Below are positions 1 through 13,295 of a DNA stretch of 64,000 nucleotides, in pieces (the first letter of the stretch is position 1; each line of letters opens with the position of its first letter). The stretch covers positions 22,624,001 to 22,688,000 of the forward strand of contig CP086569.2 of assembly GCA_009914755.4 (NCBI GenBank). Reading direction: 5' to 3'. The stretch is from the human T2T-CHM13v2.0 reference genome, Homo sapiens. The position numbers and the translations under genes were made by a program. The notes below the pieces were generated by a model. The model was not told where the DNA came from, ran no database searches, and saw only the letters and a list, made by a program, of their open reading frames with translations.

Positions 1-43
1 GTTTTCAACCCACACTTGTCTCCATAAAGGGATAAAATAATTG

Positions 44-320
44 GCTCAGCTGGGCACAGTGGCTCATGCCTGTAATCCAAGCACTTTGAAAGGCTGAGGA
101 GGGTGGGTCACCCGTCAATTGTTTGAGACAACACTGGCCAATATAGGGAAACAGTGTCCCTACTAAAAATAAAATTAAAAAAAATAGCTGAATGTGGTGG
201 TAGTCTCCTGTAAACTCAACTACTCAGGAGGCTGAGATAGGAGAATTGCATGAATCCAGGAGGCAGAGGTTGCAGTGAGCCAAGATTGCACCATTGTATT
301 CCAGCCTGAGTGAGAGGGAA
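44..320 (+). mobile_element. Alu SINE (full-length dimer with A-rich tail)
   Basis: Begins ggctcagctgggcacagtggctcatgcctgtaatcc. Contains gaggcagaggttgcagtgagccaagattgcaccattgtattccagcctg and an A-rich end. Confidence 0.9.
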
Positions 321-1795
321 AAAAGTCCCACACAAACAGCTTGTACTAAAGAAATTCCTGTTGCTCCCTTAACACCAGTAAAATAATCACTTGACTGAAA
401 GCGTTCTCTACATTAAGTTGCATCACACTAATTCACCACGTTGTCTCATTAGCTAGAGTTTACTATCTCCTTATAGTAACCATAAAATTAGAACAAATAG
501 CAGGATAAATGACTATGTGTACTAGCATTTTTTTAAAAGTTTTTACTAGGTAGAGCTTAGAGTGCATATTCTTTAAACACTTTCTCTTTGGCACAGCACA
601 TGCATGCTTTTTGGCAGCAATCATAGAATAATGAACAAACAATAACAACCAAATAATGTTAAAAATCACTTGCTCTCAGGGGAAAGCCAATTAACAAACA
701 GAGCACAGACCATCTATATTATGTCTAAAAATTTTTTAAATGCAATGAAAACGGTGAAAGGAACACTTGTTCTTTGCTGGTGGAATGCATAATTGTAAAG
801 CAAAGTTAAAATGTGTTTTTTTCTTCAGCCACAGTTTTGGCAGTTTTTTTTTTTTTCAAAGCTAAACATAGTCTAACCATATAGGCTAACATTTGCACAC
901 TGATGTATTTAGACAACAACTTTGGAAACTCGCAATTAACCAGAAACCACGTGCAATTTTGTATACCTGCTCTCTTGATAATGGCCAAATACTTTAAGGA
1001 ATCAGGATACCCTTAAATGATAACCAAGCCAGGTAAATCCATGAAATGGAATACTATTCATCAAGACAAAGGGATGATTTATGAGGTCATGCACAGCCGT
1101 GAATGCATCATACACGTATAAAGAAAAGCAGAAAAAGCCAGTCTGAAGAGACCACATATTGTATGATCCCATTTCCATGACATTATAGAGAAGAAATGTG
1201 TAGCGATGGCAAACTGACCTGTAATTTAAAGTGGTTTGTAGGTGGCAGGTAGTGAGCTGAGTAGGAGAACAGGCTGATGGAAAGAGGCACAAATGGGCCA
1301 GGTGGGAGTCAACTCCTCTGGCTGGTGCGATCATGCTGGGCATGTGGAAGAGCCAAGAGTATGTAGTACCAGCATGAATAAAAAGGCTCCTACTCATCCT
1401 AGAAGTGGAGCACCTTCTTTCTTCACACATAGAACTATCTTAGGAACAGTTCTGAGAAATATTTTGTTGTATGAGATAAAACATACATAACAAAATTTAC
1501 CATTTCAAACATTTTAAGTGAGGATTTCAGTGAAATTAACTATTCTCAAGTTGTGCAACCATCACCACCATTTCACTTTCTCACCAGCAATGCACAAGAG
1601 TTCTACTTTTTCCACATACTCTCCAACTCTTCCTTTAAAAAAATAGACATTCCAATGTGTAAAACATGGTAATCTCATTGTGGTTTAGATATTTGTTTAG
1701 CTTATGGCTAGTGATGTTGAGCATCTTTTAATGTGCTTATTGATTCTGGTTTTGTCAATGATTGTATGAACAGAAGAAAAAGAAAAAGTAGATAG

Positions 1796-2022
1796 GCAGG
1801 TGGTTCACAAGATCAGGAGATTGAGACCATCCTGGCCAACATGATAAAACCCCGTCTCTACTAAAAATGCAAGAATTAGCAGGGTGTGGTAGTGCACACC
1901 CGTAGTCCCAGTTCTTCAGAAGGCTTTGACAGGAGTAACATTTGAACCCAAAAGGCAGAGGTTGCGGTAAGCTGAGATCACACCATTACACTCCAGCCTG
2001 GGTGACAAAACAAGACTCCACC

Positions 2023-2054
<32 letters not shown>

Positions 2055-2070
2055 ACAGAGAGAGAGAGGA
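1796..2070 (+). mobile_element. 5'-truncated Alu with long poly(A) tail, followed by short (GA)n
   Basis: caggagattgagaccatcctggccaacatg...gcagaggttgcggtaagctgagatcacaccattacactccagcctgggtgacaaaacaagactcc, then A27, then gagacagagagagagagg. Confidence 0.85.
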
Positions 2071-2109
2071 CTTGCAAGGGTTTTTCTCCAAAGATACACA
2101 AATAGCACA

Positions 2110-2850
2110 TGAAAATATGTCCAACATCCTCACCTCAGGGAAACACAAGTCAAAGCCACAGGAAAACATCACTTCATATCCATTATAATTGCTATTATTA
2201 AGGAAAAGCTAACAAGGGTTAACATGAAAATGGAGAAATGTGAATGTAAAATTGTGCAGTTGCTGTGGAAAATAGTCTGGTGGTTCTTCAAAAAGCTAAA
2301 CACAGAATTACCATAGAACCCAGCAAATCCACTCCCAGATATATACACAGAAGAACGTAAAATGGGTATTCAAACAAAAAACCTGTACACATATGTTCAT
2401 AGCAGCATTATTCACAATAACTAAAAGTAGAAACAAACCAAATGTCTACCAACAAGTAATAGGAAAACAAAATTTAGTATTCCCATACAATGGCATAATA
2501 TTCAGCTGTAAAAATATTGCAACTCTAACACTGCAATGTGGAGGAACTTCATAACCATTTTGGTTAAAGAAGGTGAACATAAATGGTCACATACTCTATG
2601 ATTTCATTTATATAAATAGCCAGAATAAGTAAGTAGATAGAGACAAAAAGCAGATTACTGGTTGCTAGGGGTCAGAAAAAAAGGACAGATTAGGAAGTAC
2701 CTCTTTAGTAGGTATGGGATTTCCTTTTGGGATAATAAAAATTGGAACTAAGAGGTGGTAGTTGCCCAGAAATGTGCATGTACTAAAGGTCACTGAATTA
2801 TTCATGTAGAAAGTTAATTTTATGTTATGGAAATTTTACCTCAATAAAAA
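2110..2850 (+). mobile_element. L1 (older L1M/L1P-type) 3' end: ORF2 C-terminal region plus 3' UTR
   Basis: Strong resemblance to the L1 3' region: ...catatgttcatagcagcattattcacaataactaaaagtagaaacaaaccaaatgtctaccaacaagtaat...tacaatggcataatattcagctgtaaaaa. Ends aatttt acctcaataaaaag. Confidence 0.7.
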
Positions 2851-5159
2851 GACAAAATTCCTTTCCCAGCATTCTCCAACCATGGTGAGCTCTCTCCACG
2901 GGGTGCCATCACCTTGGGGTTCAAGTCCCTCCACAGTCGAGAATGGCCTGGAGCCTGGCCAACCCCATTCTGGACACATACTCCAGCCACACTGTCCACC
3001 AGCTCCTAGACCTGTTAACAGTGGAAGGTATCTGAGTTACTGGTGGCAAATCCATCCAGGTCTGTAGTAACTGCACTTCTTGCCTTCTTAGAAGAAAGAA
3101 TTTGACTGAGGGGTATAAAGTAGTGAAAGATACTGAGGGAAGTTTCATAGCAGGAGTGGACATTTATTAAAAAGCAATCTCTGAAAGTCATACACTGAGG
3201 GTTTGTCTCTTAATGTGCATGCCTGAGCTCACTTGCCCAATAACTGAGATTTTATTGGAAGCCCTTTTTCCTTCTCCCCGGTTCCTGCATTTAATTAACA
3301 CTTTAATGTTAACAGCTGTGGATCAGTAGAAGCTTGTATCTCTCTGGCTCCAGCTGCTAAATTATCATTTTTAGAGAGGCAATATGAAAACTGTCCAACC
3401 ATCACCCAATGACCTGACATTCCTGGTGGGTGGGTGGGATGGGAGAAACCTCTGCTCCCCCACTCATTCCTGTGTAACTACCTGTAACAGACCAACTAAC
3501 TGGCCATTTCCAACTCCAGGTCACTTTCCATTTGCTACCTTCACAGACATCCAGTGATCAGTGATACCTCCTCAGAGTTTACAAGGTCTTCTGAATCTTG
3601 TTCTGCTGTAATCCAGACCTCAGCACATAATATCCATGGTTTGTCCCATTTCGATAAAGGTAAATTAGCTTTTTCTGAGCACCACCACACACAGCTGTCT
3701 TGCTCAGGTGAACTAACAGCAACTCTGCAAGAAATGGGTAGTCCCTTGTGCAAAGGGACAGCCAGGATCAGGTGACTGAGTGACTTACCTGCAATCACAC
3801 AGAGTCCAAGTGGCCTCATACTCAGTTTCCAGCCCACAGCCAGGTCTCCAGGTGTTGTTTAGAAAAAGCTTGTGAGTCACATGAACATGCAACCAGGACA
3901 CACCCAGACTTCCTTTTATCAACAAAGATGAGCTCTATCTTCTGGGACAATGGATGACAAGACCCACCAAGTCTTCTTTCTCCCATCCAGAGCCAAGGTA
4001 GGTATTTGACACTCATTAGGTAACAGACTCTTTTCCTAAAACCCTTTCATAGATAGGGTTTTTGGAGGAGATTGTGTTACATACAGGCCAGAGAATGCAA
4101 GTTTAGAGAGGGCATCACAGCCAGCACATAGAGAAAAAGCTGGTGATTTCAAATGTAAAGAAAGGACAGTATGCTGAAAAGTTACTGCACTGAAGTGTGA
4201 ACGAGACAAGAGGTTATTATGACTAAAGTAGGGGAAGCAGGAGGGAAAGGAGGGAATAGATTAAACACTTAGGACAAGAATCAGTGGTTCCTTATTGAGG
4301 TCAGTTCATACCTACCAGGACATGATGTGGCCACTGTACTCACAAAGTGAACCATGAGAAATGAAGACAAGTTCACAGGCTACATACATAAAAAATGTTC
4401 ACAGCAGCCCCACGTATACTAGACCCAACTGAGAGCCCCAAATGCTCATCCACAGGAGAAGGGTGAAGAAGCTGTGGCGTATCCACACCCTGGAATGTGG
4501 CTCAGTGTGCAAAGGAATGGATTGCTTATGCACTCACCACAGGGTGACTCTCAAAGCAGCAGGGCTGAATAAAAGGAGCCAAATCAGAACAAAACACAAA
4601 GACCCAAGGACTTAGCATATCTACATGAAACTATAAAATTCAGCTAAATTTTAGTAACAGAAGCAGATCTGTGGTCCAAGGGTGGCCAGGCAGAGATCAG
4701 TATGGGTAAGAGGAGAATATGTCTTCGTGAGCTTCATCAAGGTGTGGCCTTGCAGTGGATGGAATACTCCCATGGAGAAAACCATTACTTCTTCTATTTG
4801 AGGGACTTCTCCCCCTCAAATCATATGTCTCCTATAATTCTGCCCTCACTGGGAGACTGACTTGAGCCAACCTGGTCTCAGCTCCTACACAACGGAGACC
4901 CCCATACCCTGGGAACCTGGTTCTGCTGGCCCATAATAAACACTGGTCTTGAGGGAGAAGCACAGCTCACGTGTGCTACAAGCAAGACTGTAAAGTACAG
5001 AAGTGGACACAGCATTCAGCCCAGTGGTCCCAGGCCACATGAACCAGGCTAAGCATTCATGGGTCTCAGCCATCCTCTGTGAGAAAAGTAACTGTCACAA
5101 CCGTCCATATCAAAAGCTTTTCCAGTATTCCAGAGGCAGTACCCAGTTTCCCAGGACCT

Positions 5160-8100
5160 CTCCTAACCCTAAACCTAACTGTAACAATAACCTTAACCCA
5201 ACCCCTACCCCTAAACCTAACCCAAAAACCCTAAATCTAACAGCAAGCCTAAACTCCAACCTCAACCCCAACATCAACACTATGCCTAAATTTACTTAAT
5301 GCCTAACCCCTCAAACAAACCAAAAACCAAAACCCAACCCCAACCCTAAATCCTAATGCTAACCCCTGAACCTGACCCTGACCCTGATAATAACCATAAC
5401 CCAGCAGCAACCCAATCACACCATGAACTGAACCCAAAACGCAACCATAAACCCAAAACCCTAACCCCAAAAAACTAACCCTAACCATAAAACAATAACT
5501 AACCCATCTCTACCAATACTCCCTTAAAACCTAATACTAGCACTAAAATCCTACCCCTAACACTAACCATAACCCCTAACACCTAATTCTAACCCTAGCC
5601 ACTAAACCTGAATCCTGAACCTGACTCTAACCTAAGACTGACACTAACCTATAATGCTAACCCTAACTCCCTAATTCTAGCCCTAATCATTACCCTAAAC
5701 CTACACTTACACCAACCTCAACCCCAAAGCCAAACATAACCCTGTTACCTAAACCCAATCCATAACATTAGCACTAATCCTTAGACCAACCCTAAACCTA
5801 AACCTAAAACTAACCCCTAGCCCTGAGCCGAACCACTAACAATGACTTTGACCCTAATGTGTTACCCAAATATCTACCCTAACGATAAACCTAACACTAA
5901 CCCTAACCAATAATCCTAACCCTAACTGTAATCATATTGAACATAACCTTAACCCCTTAACCTAAATCTAAACACTAACAATAACCAAAATCGTAAAGCC
6001 TAACCCCACAACCATCCTATCTCTAACAATAACCTTATACAATAATTCTAAACTTAACCCTAATCCTAACCCCAGGCTCTCACCATAAACCAAGACCCAG
6101 AACCCCAAACTCAATAAAAGCCCAAACACTAACAATAAGCCCAAACCCTAACACTAAACCCTGAGACTAATCCTAACTCCTAGAACTAACCCTAATCTTA
6201 AACCCTAACCAAAACCATCTAACCCTAACAATAACCCTAAACCTACAACTTACCATAATCGATAACCTAATCCTAACCCTTACCCTAAATACTAATCCTA
6301 ATGCCTAACCCTAATCCTAACCTTGAAACCCTAACCCCAAACAAAGCCATAATCCTTAAATGAAACTCTAACTATAAAACCCTAAAACACTAAACATAAC
6401 CCTGACCCCAACACATAAGCCTAACAGTAACCTTAACCGTAATTGCAAAACCATAAAAACTGAACCCTAACACTAAAACTAAACTAAGTCTAAACCTAAC
6501 CATAAAATAAAACCTAAGGCATGACCCAAATCCTAAAGCCTGAAAACTAACCATAACCCTAACCCTAAAACATAAAGGCTAACCATAACTCTTAACCCTC
6601 ATCCTAACCACCAAATCCAACCCTAGCCCCTAACACTAATCCTATCACAAATGCTAATCCCTAACACTAATCCTAAACTCTAATGCTCATCATGAATCAT
6701 AACTCTAATCTGTAACCTAAATTTCAACCTTAAATCCTAACCCTAAGCCTACACCTTAACCCAACACTAACTGTAACCCCTATCCTTAATCCAAACCTAA
6801 CACTAACCCTAAATTTTAACCCTGACAGTAAGCCTAAAACTAACCCTAATCCCAAACATAACCCTTACCCCAATGCTAACCCTGATACCCTAACTTTAAC
6901 CCTACACCTACACCAACACCAATCCCAATCATAAACCTAAACCATACCCTCCCTTAAACACAGGACAAACCCTAACCCCTAACCCTAATATTAAAAATTA
7001 AACCCAAGTTTTACCCCAGCCCCAACACTAGCCCAAATCTTAACCCATAACCACAACCCTAACAATAGCCAAACAAAAACAAAAAGCCCAAAACCAACCA
7101 AAACACTAATACTAAACCCCAACCCTAACCCTAACCCCTGATCCAAACCCTAAACCCTAATACTAAACCAAACACGTAACCACAACGCTAAAACTGAACC
7201 TAAGGTTTATCCTAAACATAAGAATTATTCTGAATCCTAAACCTAAGATTAACCCTAAGACAATAACCCAAAACCTAACTCTAATGCCTAAACCTAACTT
7301 TAATTCTAACTGTAAAATACAAAATCTGAAAACACTAAAAATAACTTTAACTGCATCCCCTAATGCTTACACTAATAATAACCAAAAACCCCTAATCTTA
7401 ACACTAATACTAACATAATCCTAACATAATCTTAACCCTAGCAATAAAACCAAACCATAACTCTTGCACAGAACATTAAACCAAAACTGTAATATTTACC
7501 CTAACCCCTAAGCCAACCCCTACCCCTAAACCTAGACCAAAACCCTAATCCAAACTAACCCTAAACCATAAACCTAACCTTAATCTTTGCCCCAACCCTA
7601 GAAATACCTTAATGCTAACCCTAACTGTAAATGCTAATCGCTAACCCTAACACTTAACTGACCCCTAAACCATAAACCCTAACCCTACTCCTAAACTCTA
7701 AACCCAACCCTAATATAATGCTAACCATGACAACTAACCCTAACCCTATCCCAGCCCTAACAGTCATGCCAGCCCTAAATCCAAAACCTTAACCATATTC
7801 CTAACAGTAAAACTTACAACTAACCATAACCATAAACATAAATGCTAAATGCTAACCCTAACACTAAGCTTAAACCCCAATCCTCAGCTCCGAACCTGAA
7901 CCTAAATGTAACCCTAAACAGTAATCCTAATGGTAAATTCTAACCCTAAACCTTAACCAAACACTAACCCTAACACAATCCCTTTAACACTTACCCTCAA
8001 CATAAAGCTTAACACTAACCCTAATCCAGGCCATGACCCTAATGCCTAACACCCTTCTGTATGCCTACCTTTTTACCTTAACCCTAAGCATAACCCAATC

Positions 8101-8250
8101 CCAAACCTAACTTCTAACACTGATTCTAACACCTAACTCTAATCCTTAACCCTGATCCTAACTCTAACTCTAAAGCTAATCCTACCACAGTAGTAACCCC
8201 TATCCCAACCCCAGCCCTACCAGAGAATCTAATCCTAAACTTTGTTCTGC
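5160..8250 (+). repeat. Degenerate interstitial telomeric repeat array, (CCCTAA)n-like, C-rich strand on +
   Basis: About 3.1 kb of hexamer-like units: ccctaa, cctaac, cctaaa, cctaat, ccctag and similar. Example: ccctaaccctaaccc at ~7125-7140. Strongly C/A/T-biased with almost no G. Confidence 0.85.
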
Positions 8251-8282
8251 AATTGTAAACCCGTATCCCTATTTCCCAAAAT

Positions 8283-8290
8283 CTTCTTCT

Positions 8291-8322
<32 letters not shown>

Positions 8323-8400
8323 TTCTTCTTCTTCTTCTTCTTCTTCTTCTTCTTCTTCTTCTTCCTCTTCCTCTTCCTCTTCCTCTTCTTCTCTTTTTTT
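8283..8400 (-). repeat. (CTT)n / (GAA)n triplet tract (~39 units with CCT interruptions): expanded tail of the adjacent minus-strand Alu
   Basis: cttcttcttcttcttcctcttcttc...cctcttcctcttcctcttcttctcttttttttgagatgg, directly abutting the reverse-complemented Alu 3' end. Confidence 0.85.
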
Positions 8401-8690
8401 TGAGATGGAGTCTCCCTCTGTTGCCAGGTTGGAGTGCTGTGGCATGACCTCAGCTTATTGCAACCTCTGCTTCTTGGGTTCAAATGATTATCCTGCCTCA
8501 GCCTCCTGAGTAGCTGGGAATACAGGCACGTGTCATCAACCCCAGCTAATTGTTTTCTTGTATTTTGAGTAGAGACGGGTTTCACCATGTTTGCCAAAAT
8601 TGTTTTGATCTCTTGACCTCGTGAACTGCCCACCTTGGCCTTCCAAAGTGCTGGGATTACGGACATGAGCCACTGAGCCCAACTTAATCC
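8401..8690 (-). mobile_element. Alu SINE (minus orientation)
   Basis: ttttttttgagatggagtctccctctgttgccaggttggagtgctgtggcatgacctcagc...ccaaagtgctgggattacggacatgagccactgagcccaac, the reverse complement of Alu. Confidence 0.9.
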
Positions 8691-9492
8691 CCAAATTCTA
8701 TCCTATCCTTAATATTTCCCCATCGTGCTTCAGAAAATATTAAATACCTCCTCTATGACTCAAACCTCTGACCCGTAATACCCATGATATTACACCAAAC
8801 CATATATTTTCTAACCCCAATTGTGTATTGAATTAAATATATGGTATCAGTAGGATAAAAAACTAAATGTTATTAAATTTGATAATTATAGGCATCATAA
8901 TATTTAATCAAATAATAGTACATGGAATTTGGTACATAGTGAAAAACATTATACACCACAATTATTAAGTTCTTTTTTCAGCCAATCAAGGGTTTCTCAC
9001 CATTCTAAACCCATCCCTTTCGATATACTATGTAAAGTAACTGACGGAAAAACATCACATTTGTCTCAACTGTTACAGAAAGTACATAAAGATAGTCAAA
9101 ATATTTTAATGATAACAAAATCCGATAAACAGTGTTCCAAATTTTTTCACATAATAAAACGTCTTTATGCAAAACCCATAACAATCATCATCTAAATTGT
9201 TGGGAAGCAAAGCTTTTAGATGAGGAACAGCACTAATGCTCACTTACATCACTGCATTCAATACTGTACTAGACATTCCACTAGAACAATTTGAAAAGAA
9301 AAATATATACAAAACCACTCATATGCGTAAAAAAGAAGTAAAACTACTCACAGATCTCATACACAGAAAACCAGGAGGAACCAACAAGAAATTATAAAAT
9401 CTAGTGAACAAATTAAGCAAGCAAACAAAACAAAATATCAACACAAAAAATCTTTCTCTATACACTATAAATTAGCCACGTGAAAATGAAAT

Positions 9493-10002
9493 TTGGACAA
9501 TTTTATTTCTAAAAAAATAACAGGCCAGAATTTCTCCAACTGCCCTGGAACACACAGATGCAGGCAGCTGGGGGTGGGGGAAATCCTTCGAGTGGAGGCT
9601 GTGCTGCTACACTGGGACCTGCCTGCAGTGGCTGTGGGGCTAAACAGAAACCTTTCAAGCTCCTGGGAAATCAGAGTAAAATTACTTAAAACCATAATGG
9701 ATGAAGAAGAGAAAACCTACAGTGTTTGTGAAAGCTCTAATACCATGATGTCAAATGGATACCTTCTGAGTCCTGAATTTCTTGTAAAAATAAGAACAGC
9801 ACAAACATCAGCAACAATGAAACCCTTGTTGACTGGCCCAGATCATTTTGCTGAGAAAGGCACTATTGAGGTCAATTTGAGAGACAACCCTTCACAAGTG
9901 CTTCCAAAAGCATGCAAATATTTTACCTACATATTTCACTACACCTACAGTTCCACAGAGATTCCTAAATTCCCATTTCACCTGAAACTGCAGAACTGCT
10001 GA
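9493..10002 (+). CDS. Unrecognised single-exon ORF: 169 aa from the first ATG, or 100 aa from the Kozak-context ATG at 9697 ([14 protein letters not shown]...)
   Basis: Longest non-repeat ORF in the unique region. The internal ATG has a good Kozak context (accataATGG). No recognisable domain, and chance cannot be excluded. Confidence 0.15.
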
Positions 10003-10582
10003 CAGCTGTGAACTTTCTAGATTCTATATAAATACAATGGATTGTATATAAATACAATAGATTGATATGACAAAATAAATTATAATCAACTGGTAACTCT
10101 TTTCAGTGTTTAAGACCTGTAGTTGAGTTTGTATTTTTTCATAGATAGTACATACCTTGTATGCAACGTAACTGTAAAAGTAATCACAAAGAAGATTGCC
10201 TTCTGTTTTTTGCATAATAGAGTTTAAATTTGTTTACAATGTCAGCAATTTAAGGAGATTTTCACAAACTGAGAAATAAACAAATATCCCAATTCATAGG
10301 TCGTTTTGCCTTATCCATTGGATATGGCTTTTGAAATCAACAATGATGACATAAAAATGCTGAAAATTAGAAATAAATGAACCTGTTCTACAATTAAATA
10401 ATGGGGCTAGGTGTTTTGATATTTTTAGTGTTTTTTTAAATAACAATATTTTGATTTTGTACGTGCCCATAGCATTGCTGGAGTTATGCAAATAATTACA
10501 TTATAAGTATGTGTATCACTTAGCAAAAAAATTGTTTTTTTTAACTGACCCTAACTTAATAAACGTTTTATCAATGTCTATA

Positions 10583-10823
10583 ATCCCAGAATTTTGGGAG
10601 TTCAAGGTTGGCAGATGAATTGAGCTCAGGCATTTAAATGAGCCCAGCCAACAGGGTACATCTTTTTCTCTACAAAAGATAAAAATGGGCCAGGTCGGTG
10701 GCTGAGGCTAAAGCAGAAGGATCAATTGAGCCCAGGAGTAAGAGTCTGCAGTGAGCCATGATGGCACCACTGCATCCAGCCTGGGGAACAGAGTGAGACC
10801 CTGTCTCAAAAAACAAACAAACA
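10583..10823 (+). mobile_element. Old Alu (AluJ-like, diverged)
   Basis: ggttggcagatgaattgagctcagg...gggccaggtcggtggctgaggctaaagcagaaggatcaattgagcccaggagtaagagtctgcagtgagccatgatggcaccactgcatccagcctgg...gtctcaaaaaacaaacaaac. Confidence 0.75.
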
Positions 10824-11133
10824 ACCACAGAAACAAACAGTATAAGAGTTAAAATTTCTTACGTCCCTGGAAAAACTTCAGTATTGTTTAAATGTGTCTT
10901 GTCTTGTCATTATTTTTATTGCTACAATTTAAGAACTTTAAAGACAATTTGGGAAGCTTACCAGGTACGAATTTTGGAGAAGCACTTGAACTTTACCCAG
11001 ATGGTCCAGAAGTCAACTATACAACTTAGAGCTCTTGTGCATTATGACTTTTGGGCAATTCAAAGTACTATGTTTTCACTGATTATAAAGCAAACATCCT
11101 TTTCATCTTTCAAAACAGTAAAAATATGGGTTG

Positions 11134-11305
11134 GGTGTGGTGATTTACACCTGTAATTCCAGTACTTTGGGAGGCCAACGTGGGAGGACCACCTGAGCCA
11201 AAGTGTTCAATGATGCAGTGAGCAATGATCACATTATCACACTCTCGCCTGGGCAACAGAGTAAGACTCTGTCTCAAAAAATAAAACAAAAAAATCAACA
11301 GTAAT
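11134..11305 (+). mobile_element. Alu monomer-like fragment (FLAM/FRAM-like)
   Basis: gggtgtggtgatttacacctgtaattccagtactttgggaggccaacgtgggaggaccacctgagcc...ctcgcctgggcaacagagtaagactctgtctcaaaaaataaaac. Confidence 0.65.
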
Positions 11306-11339
11306 AATGTTTTAAGAATAAATTTAACCAAGGTGCAAG

Positions 11340-12260
11340 ACTTAGACATGGAAAGTTACAAAATATTGCTGAAATAAATTCCAGAATCCCTGAATAAATG
11401 TGAAGACATTCCATGTTTCTGGATTAGAAGATATTTTTTAACATGACAGTAGTACACAAACCAATCTAGAAATTCATTGTGATTTCTATGAAAACACCAA
11501 AGTTATTTTGACAGGAATGGGCAAGCCAATCCTAACATTCATATAAATTTCAAGTGACTCTGAATAGCCAAAATAATCTTGAAAACAAAAACCAACTTGG
11601 AGTCTCACATTTTTCAATTTCAAATATTACTGAAAAGCAACAGTAATCAAAACAGTGTAATATTGGCATAAGGACACACATAGAGATCAATGAAACTGAA
11701 TGTCAAGCCCAACCATACCTCTATGGTCAATTGATTTTGTCATGTAGCCAAGACCATAAAATTCAACAAGTGCTGTTAGACAACAAGCTAACCACATTGA
11801 GAGAAAAAAAAATTGTGTCCTTTCCTCATAAGTCAATGGTTCAAAAGCCTACATATTAAAGATAAAAACATAAACTCTAGAAGAAAACCTAGGGATACTT
11901 CTTCATAACCTAGGATTTGGAAGTGGTTTCTTAGATCTGATACAAAAATCTTAGATCTGATACAGCCAACTAAAGAAATAATTTCCTCAAAATTAAACAT
12001 TTTTTGCATTGAAAGATACTATCAAGAACGTGAAAAGACATGCCACACAAAGGAAGATTTGCACGTTGTAGATGTAAGAAGTCTGTTATCCACAACATAT
12101 GAAGACTTGTATAACTCAAGAAAAAAAAAAAGACAATAGAAATACAAAATGGAGAAATAGTTGAACACAAACTTCACCAAAAATAAATACAAGAGAAAAC
12201 AACTACATAAAAAGATGAACAGTAAAATATATAAGTTTTACACCATGAAGTGTTTCATAT
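11340..12260 (+). mobile_element. L1 ORF2 fragment (old L1M-type)
   Basis: Similarity to L1 ORF2 DNA: ctgaatagccaaaataatcttgaaaacaaaaaccaacttggagtctcacatttt...cagtaatcaaaacagtgtaatattggcataaggacacacatagagatcaatgaaactgaatgtcaagcccaaccatacctctatggtcaattgatttt. Confidence 0.65.
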
Positions 12261-13295
12261 GTTAGCTTTTCGCATAGTCATGGGATTCTGTGTTGTAAAA
12301 TTAGTCCTTTCCAGCTCCACCTGAGGGTAAGTCAATGTAATAGTATGGCTGGGTAGCAGGTTTCCTTGGATGAGAAAAGAAAATACCTGACAGGAAAACA
12401 TATTCTGACATGAAGATTTTTCTGCTTAACTTGAGTTTCCAATAAAGGTAACAGTTTGTCCCTCAGTCTCCATGGGTCAAGAATTTGCCATCCAGTGGGA
12501 AGTAAAAGAGAGAAGCTTAAGTTCATGGGGTACATGGATACACAACTGTCCCAAGTCCTGTACCAGAGCTGTGACATACTTACATTCCTTCTCAGAATTT
12601 CAATATATAAATAATAATAATTCATTTGCTGAAATATCTAGGCTTACTTTATTACTTTATACAGTTAAGGATGTTTAGAAATATTTATATAGATTATCCT
12701 GATGTGGGCTAGGACTTTTTGTCAGTTAACTGTATTGATGGACTACATAGAATGTAAGTATTTAAACCTAAAATATCTTGTAAATAGTAACACACAGTTA
12801 GAATATATAGCAAGGTAACAGTCTCTCCAATAAATTATTATGTTATTTCAATAATCAGTTGTGTCATTTGTCTTCAGCACTGAGCCTTTTTTTTTACTCA
12901 TTATCCCAACCATGGGCTTTTTTAATTTACTATTACTTTCTTGATTTATAAATTGAGAGTGATCTCATCAACAGTCTAACAAATAACAAATCATTTATCT
13001 TTAGAAACATCACATTATTAACTTTTCTACTCTTAGATAGCACAACTGATATGACTTTAAGGATTCAGTTGGACAAACCCTTAGAAAATTAGATAAATTA
13101 GGTAAGGGTGGGCACTGGGTGAATGGATTGCGAATGCACATAAAATCCCTAAGACACCCAGGAACCCCAAAAGTGGGAGCAGACGAGGCTGCAAGCAGTT
13201 GAGCACACTAAATGGGAGAGGGCAACAGGAAGGACCACTTGGGGTTGGCAGCCATGTTGAGTTCTATGGTCCTTGTTGTAAGCTCAGTGGGAAAC

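Noticed and set aside
1002-1430. 142-aa minus-strand ORF near the left end
   Set aside because: There is no start context, splice signals, compositional bias or homology I can recognise, and its length is within chance expectation for this window.
5003-5488. ORFs 5003-5299(+) and 5303-5488(-) with proline/asparagine-rich low-complexity products
   Set aside because: They lie inside the degenerate CCCTAA-like array. The peptides (NPKPNP..., GLGFWV...) are simply repeat translations.
8235-8666. 143-aa ORF with a long poly-lysine run
   Set aside because: It translates the (CTT)n/(GAA)n tract plus the antisense of an Alu. It is not a gene.
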